This document shows positions 1-9,925 of a stretch of DNA of 64,000 nucleotides, piece by piece. The translations under genes and the position numbers were made by a program. The notes beneath the pieces are model-generated. The model did not search any database. It saw only the letters and a program-made list of their open reading frames with translations, and had not been told where the DNA came from. Within the stretch, counting starts at the first letter, position 1, and each line of letters opens with the position of its first letter. Source of the DNA: Candidatus Woesebacteria bacterium GW2011_GWA1_44_23 (GTDB taxonomy: Bacteria > Patescibacteriota > Microgenomatia > UBA8517); contig LCIL01000002.1 in the NCBI GenBank assembly GCA_001001045.1, positions 9,127 to 73,126 of the forward strand, in the 5' to 3' direction.

Positions 1-17
1 TGGCGTTTTCCGGCATA

Positions 18-1712
18 TTATTGCAGAGTTTCAACTTTTGTTACCCTTATTATTTCTTCGATTGTTGTCATCCCCGAGGCAATTTTCTCAAGTCCGTCAT
101 CAAGCATTGTTTTCATCCCCTCTTTTATCGCTGCCTGAGCGATCACATCAGAGTCAACCCGCTCCGAAATTAGTTTCCTGATTCCCTTTGTTATCTCCAA
201 CACTTCAAAAAGCCCGACACGGCCAAGGTACCCGGTTTGTCTACAAATTTTACACCCTTTTCCTTTATGAATGGCAACTTCGTCCTTGCTGCCAAAGTAC
301 TTTTGAACGAGCAATTCCGGAAAATGCTTACTAAGTTCGGTAACCGGTATTCTTTCTTCGACTTTACAGGCTGAACAAATCTGTCTGACAAGCCGTTGGG
401 CAATTATTATATTTACCGTTGAGGCCACTAAAAATGGCTCGACCTTCATATCGGTCAAACGCGGGATTGCCGTTGCCGCATCATTTGTGTGAAGAGTTGA
501 CAATACCAGATGCCCGGTAAGGGCAGCGTTAACCGCGATACCTGCGGTTTCACTGTCTCTGATTTCTCCAACAAATATGACGTTCGGATCTTGTCTCAAA
601 ATCGAGCGCAGCCCGTTGGCGAATGTCAAATTAGTCTTGGCATTCACCTGAACCTGATTTGCTCCCTGAATTCTATACTCTACCGGGTCCTCAATAGTCA
701 TGATATTTTTCTCTCGGGTGTTTAAAATTTTCAGGATTGCATAAATTGAGGTAGTTTTACCGCTTCCGGTTGGGCCAGTAGAAAGGATCATTCCGTAAGT
801 TTTATTAAATGCTTTGGTTACTTTTTGCAAATCAGCCGGGTTCATGCCCAGGTCACTTAATGTGTATTCCCTGGCGTGTCCCGAAAGTAGCCGCAAAACC
901 GCTTTTTCGCCTTCGGTAATCGGAATTATCGAAACACGGATGTCCAAATTTTCCTCTTCCAATTTTTCCGTCATTTTCCCGTCCTGCGCGCTTAAGTGCT
1001 CATCAGTCCTGAGATTTGATAAAACTTTAATTCTACTGATTATCCGCTCGTGAATCTCGCGAGGAACCCGAAGCACATCCTGTAAAACTCCGTCAATGCG
1101 AAACCGGATCAGGGAAGTTTTTTCTTCCGGTTCTATATGGATATCGCTGGCTCTATCCTGATAGGCGGCATTGATCAGGACGTCAACCACTTTGATTATC
1201 GGCAAATCCCCTTGATAAAGTGTTGCCTGTTTAACGTATTCTTTCAAAAGTTCATCAATTGTTTTTTGGAGTGCTTTTTTATAAAGCTGGATAGTCCCTT
1301 CAACATCGCTGGCACTGGCGTAGTAAGGGGTTACCTTCATCCCGGTTTTTTTGGAAACCAGAGCCAGAATAGTCTGGTTTGAAGGATCGTTTAGGGCTAC
1401 CTTTACTCCGCTTCCGTCTTTTGCAAAAACAATAGCCTTTTGTTTTCTGGCTACTTTCTCGGGAATTATATGAGCAACGCTCTCAGGGATAGAAACTTTG
1501 GAAAGAGATATGACTGGGACTTTGTAATAATCAGCAATAACGGTCGAAATTTGATCTTCGGTAATTACACCGCTTTCAACAAGGGATGCCAAAAGACTTG
1601 GAGATTTGGTACTTGCCGCATAATTCTCAGCTTTGGCAATCGTACTTTCATCAAGTAAAAGCAATCCACTTTTTTTGACCAAACCAATTATCTGACTTTC
1701 AGTCAGGGGCAT
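18..1712 (-). CDS. pilB: Type IV pilus assembly / T2SS ATPase (PilB/GspE family)
   Basis: Walker A GPTGSGKTT, TIEDPVEY, LRQDPNVIFVGEIRD, GHLVLSTLHTND, Zn motifs CSAC/CKIC, N-terminal GSPII_N-like region. Confidence 0.9.
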   Translation of the reverse strand: MPLTESQIIGLVKKSGLLLLDESTIAKAENYAASTKSPSLLASLVESGVITEDQISTVIADYYKVPVISLSKVSIPESVAHIIPEKVARKQKAIVFAKDGSGVKVALNDPSNQTILALVSKKTGMKVTPYYASASDVEGTIQLYKKALQKTIDELLKEYVKQATLYQGDLPIIKVVDVLINAAYQDRASDIHIEPEEKTSLIRFRIDGVLQDVLRVPREIHERIISRIKVLSNLRTDEHLSAQDGKMTEKLEEENLDIRVSIIPITEGEKAVLRLLSGHAREYTLSDLGMNPADLQKVTKAFNKTYGMILSTGPTGSGKTTSIYAILKILNTREKNIMTIEDPVEYRIQGANQVQVNAKTNLTFANGLRSILRQDPNVIFVGEIRDSETAGIAVNAALTGHLVLSTLHTNDAATAIPRLTDMKVEPFLVASTVNIIIAQRLVRQICSACKVEERIPVTELSKHFPELLVQKYFGSKDEVAIHKGKGCKICRQTGYLGRVGLFEVLEITKGIRKLISERVDSDVIAQAAIKEGMKTMLDDGLEKIASGMTTIEEIIRVTKVETLQ

Positions 1713-1784
1713 ATTTCATTGTAACATCAAAAAGAAGATCGGTTCATCCACCACTTCGTCTCATTCGTCTATTTCCAAGGGTCC

Positions 1785-2507
1785 TCAAGGTCCAATGTAC
1801 CACTCAAATCCTGAAATATTTTTTCTGCCCGAGAGAAAATCCGCCAACTCCGGATGTCCATTCAGTCTGGAATTTTGCCTCCCGTCATTAATATTGATAT
1901 AGACCGGTGTCGAGGCGGATCCCAAATAATATACGGAGGGGCCAATTTTAGGCAGATTGAAGCCCGAATATGGTCCGTTTAATATCGCAGCAACTCTGTC
2001 GTCAATTATTGCTACAGACGTATATTGCCTCATTGTGTCAACTATCCCCATGTAGGCTTTGATTAATCCGATTGCTATTCTGTTGTCTTTTCTATGACTC
2101 ATCGAATTTGCAAACTGAGACAATTCGTATGAGGCGCCCAATACGTGCTGCTTCCATGCTCCGTCAATCAATATTTTCGGTTCATTATTAATAGGTAGTC
2201 CTATACAATTCGGGATATTAGGAATTAAACGGAGGGATCCAACAACATCACATCCAATTTTTGCCACCAACGGAATGGAATACTGTTCATATTCATCAAC
2301 ATAAAGACCCTGCTCATTCAAATCTGTGGGCAAAATGTAGCTTATTTTGGGATCAAGGTATCTTTCAGTAACAACCTTTAGTCTTCCTTCCTTGTCTTGT
2401 TCCGTCTTGGCAATCCCCATTGAAATAAAGTTAGGATCCAAACACTCCTTCACACCAAATAGATTCACTAATCTGTCTGGTTCAGCTTCTTTTTCAATTA
2501 GATACAT
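1785..2507 (-). CDS. GNAT/LuxI-fold acyltransferase, N-acyl amino acid synthase (FeeM/ExoAT)-like
   Basis: Pattern RY...DEYEQYS...VVGSLRLI...GLPI...YELSQFA...IGPSVYYLG...P matches my recollection of FeeM/AHL-synthase-like proteins; 3 bp from the upstream ThiF gene. Confidence 0.65.
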   Translation of the reverse strand: MYLIEKEAEPDRLVNLFGVKECLDPNFISMGIAKTEQDKEGRLKVVTERYLDPKISYILPTDLNEQGLYVDEYEQYSIPLVAKIGCDVVGSLRLIPNIPNCIGLPINNEPKILIDGAWKQHVLGASYELSQFANSMSHRKDNRIAIGLIKAYMGIVDTMRQYTSVAIIDDRVAAILNGPYSGFNLPKIGPSVYYLGSASTPVYININDGRQNSRLNGHPELADFLSGRKNISGFEWYIGP

Positions 2508-2510
2508 ATT

Positions 2511-3422
2511 TTATGCGCTAACCATTTCTGTTAAGTATATTCTAATGGGTTTTGGGGATGTTTTCACAGGATTTCCCAAAATTATTTCTTTGACAGCCAA
2601 GGCCTGGGCTGTACCCAAAAGTTGACTTGCAATATCCGACTGGGCAATGTGTTCAATTTGTCCATTTAAAATGTTCTGAATCATATTTATGGTTCTGATG
2701 TCATGGGGCAGCGCCTTAAAAACATCATTGATATTGGCTTCTGAAGCAAAAAAGCTATCTCCGTAAAAGCTTAAGGCATCATCCTTGGTAGCAAATGTGC
2801 ATTCTTGTTTCCCTATTATAAACTGAGCCGCAATAGCAAGAGGATTAAAATTATCAAAATCTTCCGATGTGATATCTGGCGGTAACCCAAGAAATTGTGT
2901 ATAGGATGTTATGTCTTTTTCGTGGTAATTGAAAACGTACATTATAATATTGTCACCGAGATCGAGACCTGTGACTAAAGGTTTGCGGTGTTTCTCGCAC
3001 GCCTGGTGAAGCGCGAAAGTAATTTGGGGCTGCGAGATATCAACCATTTCGATAACCACATCTGAGTCGATAACAAGCCGGTCGACATTCCCAAGAGTTA
3101 TCCCCTCTTCGACCTTGCTGAGGTTCACCTCCGGATTTATATTTTTTACAATAGACCCCAAGGCGTAAATCTTTGCCGTTCCTTCCTGAGCATCAGCGAA
3201 GAGGTACGGAGGGCGTCCGATATTACGCCACTCTACCTTGTCCGGATCTGCCAAAGTGATTTTGCCGAAATTCTTTGTCCCTACTCCAATACGGGCAAGG
3301 TGAAGAGCAACGGGGCCACCCGCACCGCATCCGGCAATCAAAATTCGGGATTGCTGCAATTTGGTGAGCTCCACATCCTCAATCAATCCCTCAAAGTTTT
3401 TGTATCTTTCTATCTCAGTCAT
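2511..3422 (-). CDS. ThiF/E1-like adenylyltransferase
   Basis: KLQQSRILIAGCGAGG, LARIGVG, LADPDKVEWRNIGR, K...INP, DVVIEMVD; no CxxC zinc motifs. Confidence 0.85.
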   Translation of the reverse strand: MTEIERYKNFEGLIEDVELTKLQQSRILIAGCGAGGPVALHLARIGVGTKNFGKITLADPDKVEWRNIGRPPYLFADAQEGTAKIYALGSIVKNINPEVNLSKVEEGITLGNVDRLVIDSDVVIEMVDISQPQITFALHQACEKHRKPLVTGLDLGDNIIMYVFNYHEKDITSYTQFLGLPPDITSEDFDNFNPLAIAAQFIIGKQECTFATKDDALSFYGDSFFASEANINDVFKALPHDIRTINMIQNILNGQIEHIAQSDIASQLLGTAQALAVKEIILGNPVKTSPKPIRIYLTEMVSA

Positions 3423-3442
3423 TTTCTTTCTCGGCTGGTGCC

Positions 3443-3450
3443 ATTATAAT
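3443..3450. promoter_or_regulatory. Palindromic bidirectional -10 element ATTATAAT between the ThiF and kinase genes
   Basis: ATTATAAT reads TATAAT on both strands inside a 41-bp divergent gap; flanked by the CCATT/AATGG inverted repeat. Confidence 0.6.
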
Positions 3451-3463
3451 TGAATGGTAAGAA

Positions 3464-4980
3464 ATGTACTACAAATACCTGCTCATTCTCGTTTTTATAC
3501 TTAATGTTCTACTTGGCATATTTGTACTACTTCGCGACCACAAAAATCAAATCAACGTATCTTTTTCTTTATTTGTACTAAGTGTCGCAGGTTGGCTATC
3601 TATAAATTTTTTGTCTAATCAATTTACGGACTATCCACGAGCATTCATATTCAACAAGTTGATTTTTTTGGAATCTCCCTATATTAGCTTTGCTTTAATT
3701 TATTTCTCCCTCGTATTTCCCTATTCGTCCTTTGACATAAAGATCAAGCACCTAATTCTGCTAATTATCCCCGTATTTATTTCCAATATATTCACCATGC
3801 TCAATCTGACAATAACTGGGGTTAATGTTGTGCCCGGGGGGGTTACGGAAGTTACATTCGGTCCCGCAGTTGCGATTTGGGGATTTCAATTTGTTGCGTA
3901 TATACTGGTTTCTCTATTCCTCCTCGGGAAAAAATATACTATAACAAAAGGCCATCAGCACACTCAAATGCAGTATGTTTTTTTGGGAATTGCCCTTTTG
4001 GCCATTTTAGGAACTGTTACCAACTTTGCCATTCCCCTTCTTTACAATAATTTCGACGCCAGCAACTATGGACCCTTCTTGAGCTTATTTGTTCTCGGAT
4101 TTACAGCTTATGCCATTTTGAAACATAATCTGTTACATATTAAGGTCATAGCAACAGAAGCGGTGGTTGTATTGCTTCTGATAATCCTATTCACAAAACT
4201 TTTTATCTACCAATCTACAGGAGAGCTGATCCTGGATACTATAATTATGGGTCTGGTGTCCATCTTTGGAGCGCTCCTTATAAAAAGTGTTTTGGAGGAG
4301 ATTAAACAAAAGGAAAATCTGGCTTCGTTGAATATTAAACTCCAGGAAATGGATGATCAAAAAGACGAGTTTATTTCAATGGCTTCCCATGAATTAAGGA
4401 AAATATTGACGTTGCTGTTTCCTCTAATGAGCATGCCATAAACCTTGTTAATGACATGCTTGATGTCTCAAGAATTGAAATGGGGCGAATAAAAGTGGAT
4501 TTAGAAAAAATCGATCTTGTCCAAATAGCCAGAGAAATCTATGAGGATTATCTCCTGCAAGCCAAGGACGAAAATATAAACCTGGTCAGTCATGGTATTG
4601 AAAAGAACAAAAAGGTTATCGTAAATGCCGATAAGGAAAGACTTGTTCAGGTATTTTCCAATCTAATCGGAAACGCACTTAAATTCACACCCAAGGGAGG
4701 GCAAATAACTATAACTCTTAAAACCGACGAAAAAGATGCCGAAGTCACAGTTCAGGACACAGGAATCGGCATAAAAGAAAATGATATACCTAAACTTTTT
4801 GCAAAGTTCGTACGACTCAACGATTCACATATTTCTGTTCCCAGCACGATGGGTACAGGTCTGGGTCTTTATATTAGTAAAAAACTGTTAGCGCTTTTTG
4901 GAGGAAAAATTTGGGTAGAAAGTAAATATGGGAAAGGTTCTAAATTCATCTTTACCTTACCCGCAATTGAGGCGTCATAG
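3464..4980 (+). pseudogene. Sensor histidine kinase with N-terminal 7TM domain, split by an internal deletion/frameshift at ~4399
   Basis: 3464-4441 gives multiple TM helices plus H-box DEFISMASHELR; a second frame from 4399 reads ENIDVAVSSNEHAINLVNDMLDVSRIE then HATPase boxes (NLIGNALKFT, DTGIGI, GTGLGL); the segment normally following HELR is missing. Confidence 0.8.
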
Positions 4981-4992
4981 TATAATTGAGAA

Positions 4993-5364
4993 ATGGCAAA
5001 GATCTTGATCGTCGAGGACGATAAAGGCACACGCGATATATACTCGTCGGTTCTCGGGCAAGCGGGATATGAAGTTGATGTTGCCGAGAACGGAGAAGCG
5101 GGTTTAGCGAAAGCTAAAGAGGGTGGCTATGACTTAATTCTTTTGGACGTGATGCTTCCTAAAATGGATGGTATAGCCCTTCTTGGCGAGCTCAAAAAGA
5201 CTCCTCCCAAAGCAGGAAACAAAAATATATTTCTCTTGACAAACTTGTCTCATGACCCGATTCTCAAAGAGGCTATAAGTCTTGGTGCTAGGGACGTAAT
5301 CCTTAAAACTGACATTAACCCGGGAAAGCTGACCGAAAAAGTTAAGAAAATATTAGCAGCCTGA
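4993..5364 (+). CDS. Single-domain response regulator (receiver)
   Basis: ILIVEDD, LILLDVMLPKMDG, LTN, K; TATAAT 6 nt upstream of ATG. Confidence 0.92.
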   Translation: MAKILIVEDDKGTRDIYSSVLGQAGYEVDVAENGEAGLAKAKEGGYDLILLDVMLPKMDGIALLGELKKTPPKAGNKNIFLLTNLSHDPILKEAISLGARDVILKTDINPGKLTEKVKKILAA

Positions 5365-5375
5365 AAATCAATCTT

Positions 5376-6185
5376 CTATTTGAGAGCGGCGTCAACTGTG
5401 GGTTTTATATCGGTGTAGCTATATGCGCCGGCAAAATTGGTTGAATTAACGAAGAAATCCGGGGTTCCCTGGAAACCCAAGGATCTTGCTATCTCTACAT
5501 CAGATGTTAACCTTTTATCATATTTTCCGCTATCAAGACACTCTTTTAAGAAAACCGGATCAACTGCACTCTTAAGGAAGGTAGCCATATCCCCCGACTT
5601 CGTCTTGTCGTTCTTGATTGTGTTGTTCATAAAATCGTATCCGCTGGCGGTCATCAATAGGTCCATGACTGCCCAGAATTTTCCTTTTTCATTAGCACAA
5701 TAAAGAGACTTTGTTCCCATCTCCCCGTTTCCGTGACCCGGGGAATAAATCCAGATAAAAGAAGCCTTCCCTGCGTCAACCAACTTCCGCATCTCGGCGA
5801 CAGGAGGAACGTATGTACCGCCATCCTTGACCAATTTAAATTGTGCCCCGGCCTGGGAATTCAATGTGGGATTCAAACCCTCAGCGATTTGGCAATAAGG
5901 GCAAGACGGATCGGAAATTTCAACAAAGATAACCTTGCTCGAACTGTCTCCAAACTTAACAAGATCCTTATCAAACAAGCCCTTAATAGTATCCAGAGAT
6001 ACGTTGGGCGCGGACGGTGCAGCTGCCGGTTGGGCAGCCGTGTCCGGTGCTGCTCCGTTTTCTTCAAGGTTTTTTACTCTCTGCCAAAGACTGCCTGAGA
6101 AAAAAGAAAGCCCGATTGCAAGGAGTATGAGCACAGGAATACCAAACTGCTGGAGATTTTTGAAGGATTTTAGCTTTAAACGCAT
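5376..6185 (-). CDS. DsbA-family thioredoxin-fold protein, membrane anchored
   Basis: N-terminal TM helix, SDPSCPYC, GFQGTP cis-Pro loop; start codon uncertain (6185 or 6200). Confidence 0.8.
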   Translation of the reverse strand: MRLKLKSFKNLQQFGIPVLILLAIGLSFFSGSLWQRVKNLEENGAAPDTAAQPAAAPSAPNVSLDTIKGLFDKDLVKFGDSSSKVIFVEISDPSCPYCQIAEGLNPTLNSQAGAQFKLVKDGGTYVPPVAEMRKLVDAGKASFIWIYSPGHGNGEMGTKSLYCANEKGKFWAVMDLLMTASGYDFMNNTIKNDKTKSGDMATFLKSAVDPVFLKECLDSGKYDKRLTSDVEIARSLGFQGTPDFFVNSTNFAGAYSYTDIKPTVDAALK

Positions 6186-6216
6186 GTGTCTATTCTGCAC
6201 AGAAAAAGTTTATTTG

Positions 6217-7179
6217 TCAACCCTCCTCTTCCAGATATTTCAAAGCCTCCATGGCAGCAATACACCCCATCCCGGCAGAAACCACGGCTTGTTTATATCT
6301 TTTGTCTACAACGTCTCCTGCGGCAAACACACCCTTAACGGATGTGCCGCAATGGTCTGTCTTATATTCTATATACCCTTTTTCATCTCTTTCCAACTTT
6401 CCGGCAAAAATATCGCTATCGGGTTTATGCCCTATTGCCACAAAAAGACCATCAACGATTAGTTCTGATGTTTGCCCTGTTTTATTGTTTTTCAAAATCA
6501 GTTTCTCTAATTTTCCGCTACCCACCGCCTCTTCTACTTCGGTATTCCACAAAATCTTTATTTTTGGATCAGATTTAACCTTTTCCTGCATCGCAGCGGA
6601 GGCCCTGAATTCCTCGCGTCTGTGGATTATCGTCACTTCCGATGCGTATTTTGTTAACACTGAGGCTTCCTCCATGGCAGAGTCTCCCCCTCCCACAACC
6701 GCAACCGTCTTGTCCTTAAAAAACGGTGCGTCGCAGGGGGCGCATGAAGAAACCCCCTTCCCGATCAGTTCTCTGACCCCCGGAGCCGTGAGCCACGCGG
6801 TCAATGCTCCTGTTGTAATAATAATTGACCGGCTTTGATAGGTCTTTCCTCCCGCCGTAATTTCAAACGGTTTTTTTGTTAAATCTACCGATTCAACACT
6901 AACTTCTTGGAACTGTGCTCCAAACCTTTGCGCCTGAATCCGCATATCCTCCATTAATTTTGGTCCCAGTACACCTTCGGGAAAGCCGGGAAAATTATCA
7001 ACTGTCGTTGTTAGCATCAACTGCCCTCCCCAAACTTCGCCGCCAAGAATTAAGGTAGAGGCTGCGCCTCGGGTGGTATAAATGGCAGCTGTAAACCCGG
7101 CAGGACCAGAACCAATGATAATAGTGTCCCAAGGGCCTTCGGGACTGGTCGGTTTTGGAGCGAAAATCTGAGTGTCCAT
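6217..7179 (-). CDS. trxB: Thioredoxin-disulfide reductase
   Basis: IIGSGPAG, CAPCD, VVGGGDSAMEE, GVFAAGD. Confidence 0.95.
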   Translation of the reverse strand: MDTQIFAPKPTSPEGPWDTIIIGSGPAGFTAAIYTTRGAASTLILGGEVWGGQLMLTTTVDNFPGFPEGVLGPKLMEDMRIQAQRFGAQFQEVSVESVDLTKKPFEITAGGKTYQSRSIIITTGALTAWLTAPGVRELIGKGVSSCAPCDAPFFKDKTVAVVGGGDSAMEEASVLTKYASEVTIIHRREEFRASAAMQEKVKSDPKIKILWNTEVEEAVGSGKLEKLILKNNKTGQTSELIVDGLFVAIGHKPDSDIFAGKLERDEKGYIEYKTDHCGTSVKGVFAAGDVVDKRYKQAVVSAGMGCIAAMEALKYLEEEG

Positions 7180-7200
7180 GATTGTATTTTTAACAAAGAC

Positions 7201-7231
7201 GAAAGAATTCTGACAAAGTCAGAACTCTTTC
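7201..7231 (-). terminator. 14-bp hairpin downstream of the trxA operon
   Basis: Minus strand GAAAGAGTTCTGAC-TTT-GTCAGAATTCTTTC (one G-U pair); weak U tract. Confidence 0.5.
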
Positions 7232-7251
7232 ACCTCACTTTCTTTAACTAA

Positions 7252-7512
7252 CTAAACTGCAGCAGGTGGAGTGCCGGTAGGCGGCATTCCGGTTCCTGCA
7301 TCTCCTGTTCCCTCAGCCGGCACAACGGGCGGGGCTACTGGCTGCTCTTCAGGAGCCTGCTGAGGCTCGGGGATAGGAGTCATTGTCGGTTCTTCTGGTA
7401 CCTCTACCGGTTCTACCGGAGGGGTGGTAACTGGTGCCGGAGGTGTCGGTACACCCACATTGGAATCGGCTACCGGGACAGTTGGGTTGACTGGGTTTTG
7501 TGTTGGATCCAT
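7252..7512 (-). CDS. Pro/Glu/Thr-rich low-complexity protein
   Basis: Start overlaps the trxA stop (TAATG coupling); fills the gap. Confidence 0.65.
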   Translation of the reverse strand: MDPTQNPVNPTVPVADSNVGVPTPPAPVTTPPVEPVEVPEEPTMTPIPEPQQAPEEQPVAPPVVPAEGTGDAGTGMPPTGTPPAAV

Positions 7513-7838
7513 TAACTAGTCACCCCCTTTTTCATTAATTGCTCAAAAGCTTCTTTTCCTGAAAAACCAACCTGACGCCCTATCTCCTTGCCACCCTTAA
7601 AAAGAATGGTTGTGGGAATAGACATAACGCCGTACTTCTGGGGCGAAGCAGGGTTTTCATCAATATTTAATTTTACAACAAGCACTTTATCTTTGTAAGT
7701 CTCGGAGAGCTCCTCCAAAACCGGTGCCGCCATCCTGCATGGCCCGCACCATGCGGCCCAAAAATCCACAAGGACCGGCAGCTTATTGCCAAGAACCTGT
7801 GTATCAAAATCTTTATCCGTAATATTTCCCGCTGACAT
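7512..7838 (-). CDS. trxA: Thioredoxin
   Basis: [15 protein letters not shown]. Confidence 0.96.
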   Translation of the reverse strand: MSAGNITDKDFDTQVLGNKLPVLVDFWAAWCGPCRMAAPVLEELSETYKDKVLVVKLNIDENPASPQKYGVMSIPTTILFKGGKEIGRQVGFSGKEAFEQLMKKGVTS

Positions 7839-7930
7839 AAATTGTCTTCGACGTAATTTACCTACGCCATAGCGCTCTCACTATACCTAAGCACTAGCCC
7901 TCACGTCAAGATCTAATAAAGAGCAGAATA

Positions 7931-9925
7931 TTATATTTTGATCGTCCTTAGTCTTAGTGAATTACCCACAACCGAAATTGAGGAGGCAGCCATAGCCCCT
8001 GCCGCCAGCATGGGATTAAGAAAACCTAAAACAGCAACGGGAATGAGGACAATGTTGTATCCAAATGCCCAGAAAAGATTCTGTCGTATTACATTCATCG
8101 TTTTTTCAGACAGGTTGATGGCTGAGGAAACACTACCTATATTTTTATTAAGAAGGGTAATTCCAGCAGACTCTATCGCGACATCCGTTCCGCTTCCCAT
8201 TGCAATGCCGACATCGGCAGAGGCCAAGGCGGGCGCATCATTGATTCCGTCTCCCACAAACGCGACAGAATCGAATTCTTTTACTTTCTCGGCTTTTTCA
8301 CCCGGCATCACTTCGCTCAAGACATTTTTAATGTGAGCTTCTTTTGCGATTTTTTCCGCACTCAATCGATTGTCTCCTGTGACCATCCAAACGCTTATTT
8401 TCTTTCTATTTAAACCATCTACGACTTCGGCGGCATTCGGTTTTAAACTGTCCTCGATTTGAAACTCTGCCAAAAGTTTCTTACCCTCAAAAAGCGATAC
8501 CCCCGGCCTGCCCAGATAATATTTCATACCGTCTACCATTCCTTCAATGCCTTTGCCCTCAATCGCTCTAAACCCTTTGACTCGGCCGAGGGTTATGTTT
8601 TTCTCTTTCGCGGCACGGAGAATAGCCTCCCCGATCGGGTGTTCAGAATAGGACTCCAAGGATGCTGCGATCCGTAAATATTTCTTACTAACTGGATTGG
8701 TCAGGACAGGTTTTCCCAAAGTCAGTGTTCCCGTCTTGTCAAAGATAATCGTTTTGATTTTATTCAAAAGCTCAAGACTTTGAGCATCTTTAACCAAAAT
8801 TCCACTTTTCGCTCCCCTTCCTACAGCAACCATGATCGCGGTGGGGGTGGCAAGTCCCATCGCACACGGGCAGGCGATAATCAAGACCGCTATGGCATTT
8901 GTTAATCCAAAAACAAAAAAAGTAATGAGCGCAATAACAAGAACCGCCGGAACAAAATATGAAGAAACACTATCCGCAAACCTTTGGACATCGGCTCGGC
9001 TTCCTTGAGCCTCAGTCACCATTTTGACAATCTGTGAAAGCATTGTATCTTTACCGATTTTTGTAACTTCAAAAACCAGGCTCCCGTTTTTGTTAATTGT
9101 GGCCCCGGTAACTATGTCCCCTTTTTCTTTTTTGATCGGCATCGGCTCACCCGTTAGCATTGATTCGTCAACGTAACTGGCGCCTTCAACAACTACCCCG
9201 TCGGTTGCGATGCTTTCTCCAGGCCGCACTTTAACCAAATCCCCTACGGAAAGTTCATTTATCGGTATTTCAACATACTCACCCCCCTGTAAAACGGATG
9301 CCGTTTTGGGAGTTAAACCCAACAGCTTTTTAATAGCGTCGGATGTGTGCGATTTTGCTTTAGCCTCCAAAAACCTCCCTAGAAGAATCAGGGCAATAAT
9401 CACGGACGAGGTGTCAAAATATGAGGGCCCGCCGGCGACAAAAGTATAAATAGAATAAAAATAGGCGGCTGAAGTCCCGATGGCAACAAGGGTGTCCATA
9501 CTGGTTGATCTATTTCTGATTCCACTCCATGTAGCCAAATAAAATTCACCGCCCGCCCAAAACTGGACAATTGTGGCAAAAAGTAATACCAGATATTTGA
9601 ATAGTTCCGGAAGAGCGATAAATCCGCTGGCCATAACAAACCCGGCCAATATCAATGAGGCCGTCACTTTAACTTTCAAATCCGCGAGTTTTTTCTTTTT
9701 TTCTTCTTCAATATTCTTGCCGACTTTATATCCAAGACTTTCAATGGCTTCTTCGATGGCGCCCTCTTTAATTTTTCCGTCGCGTAACTCCAGGTATGCC
9801 GTTTCATTTCCGTAATTCACACTGGACGAAACTACTCCCGAAACCTTCGAAAGTTTTTTCTCTATTAATTTTGCGCAGGAAGCGCAGTGCATTCCGATAA
9901 CGGGAAAGGATTTTTTCTGTATCAT
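7931..9925 (-). CDS. copA: Cu(I)-translocating P1B-type ATPase
   Basis: GMHCASC HMA domain, TGE, CPC, DKTGT, SEHP, GDGINDAP, YN and MAASS motifs. Confidence 0.92.
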   Translation of the reverse strand: MIQKKSFPVIGMHCASCAKLIEKKLSKVSGVVSSSVNYGNETAYLELRDGKIKEGAIEEAIESLGYKVGKNIEEEKKKKLADLKVKVTASLILAGFVMASGFIALPELFKYLVLLFATIVQFWAGGEFYLATWSGIRNRSTSMDTLVAIGTSAAYFYSIYTFVAGGPSYFDTSSVIIALILLGRFLEAKAKSHTSDAIKKLLGLTPKTASVLQGGEYVEIPINELSVGDLVKVRPGESIATDGVVVEGASYVDESMLTGEPMPIKKEKGDIVTGATINKNGSLVFEVTKIGKDTMLSQIVKMVTEAQGSRADVQRFADSVSSYFVPAVLVIALITFFVFGLTNAIAVLIIACPCAMGLATPTAIMVAVGRGAKSGILVKDAQSLELLNKIKTIIFDKTGTLTLGKPVLTNPVSKKYLRIAASLESYSEHPIGEAILRAAKEKNITLGRVKGFRAIEGKGIEGMVDGMKYYLGRPGVSLFEGKKLLAEFQIEDSLKPNAAEVVDGLNRKKISVWMVTGDNRLSAEKIAKEAHIKNVLSEVMPGEKAEKVKEFDSVAFVGDGINDAPALASADVGIAMGSGTDVAIESAGITLLNKNIGSVSSAINLSEKTMNVIRQNLFWAFGYNIVLIPVAVLGFLNPMLAAGAMAASSISVVGNSLRLRTIKI

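Noticed and set aside
5437-6838. Long antisense and overlapping ORFs here and throughout (e.g. 6251-6838, 31227-31814, 58743-59279, 62071-62601)
   Set aside because: Shadows of well-supported genes on the opposite strand, with no recognisable motifs
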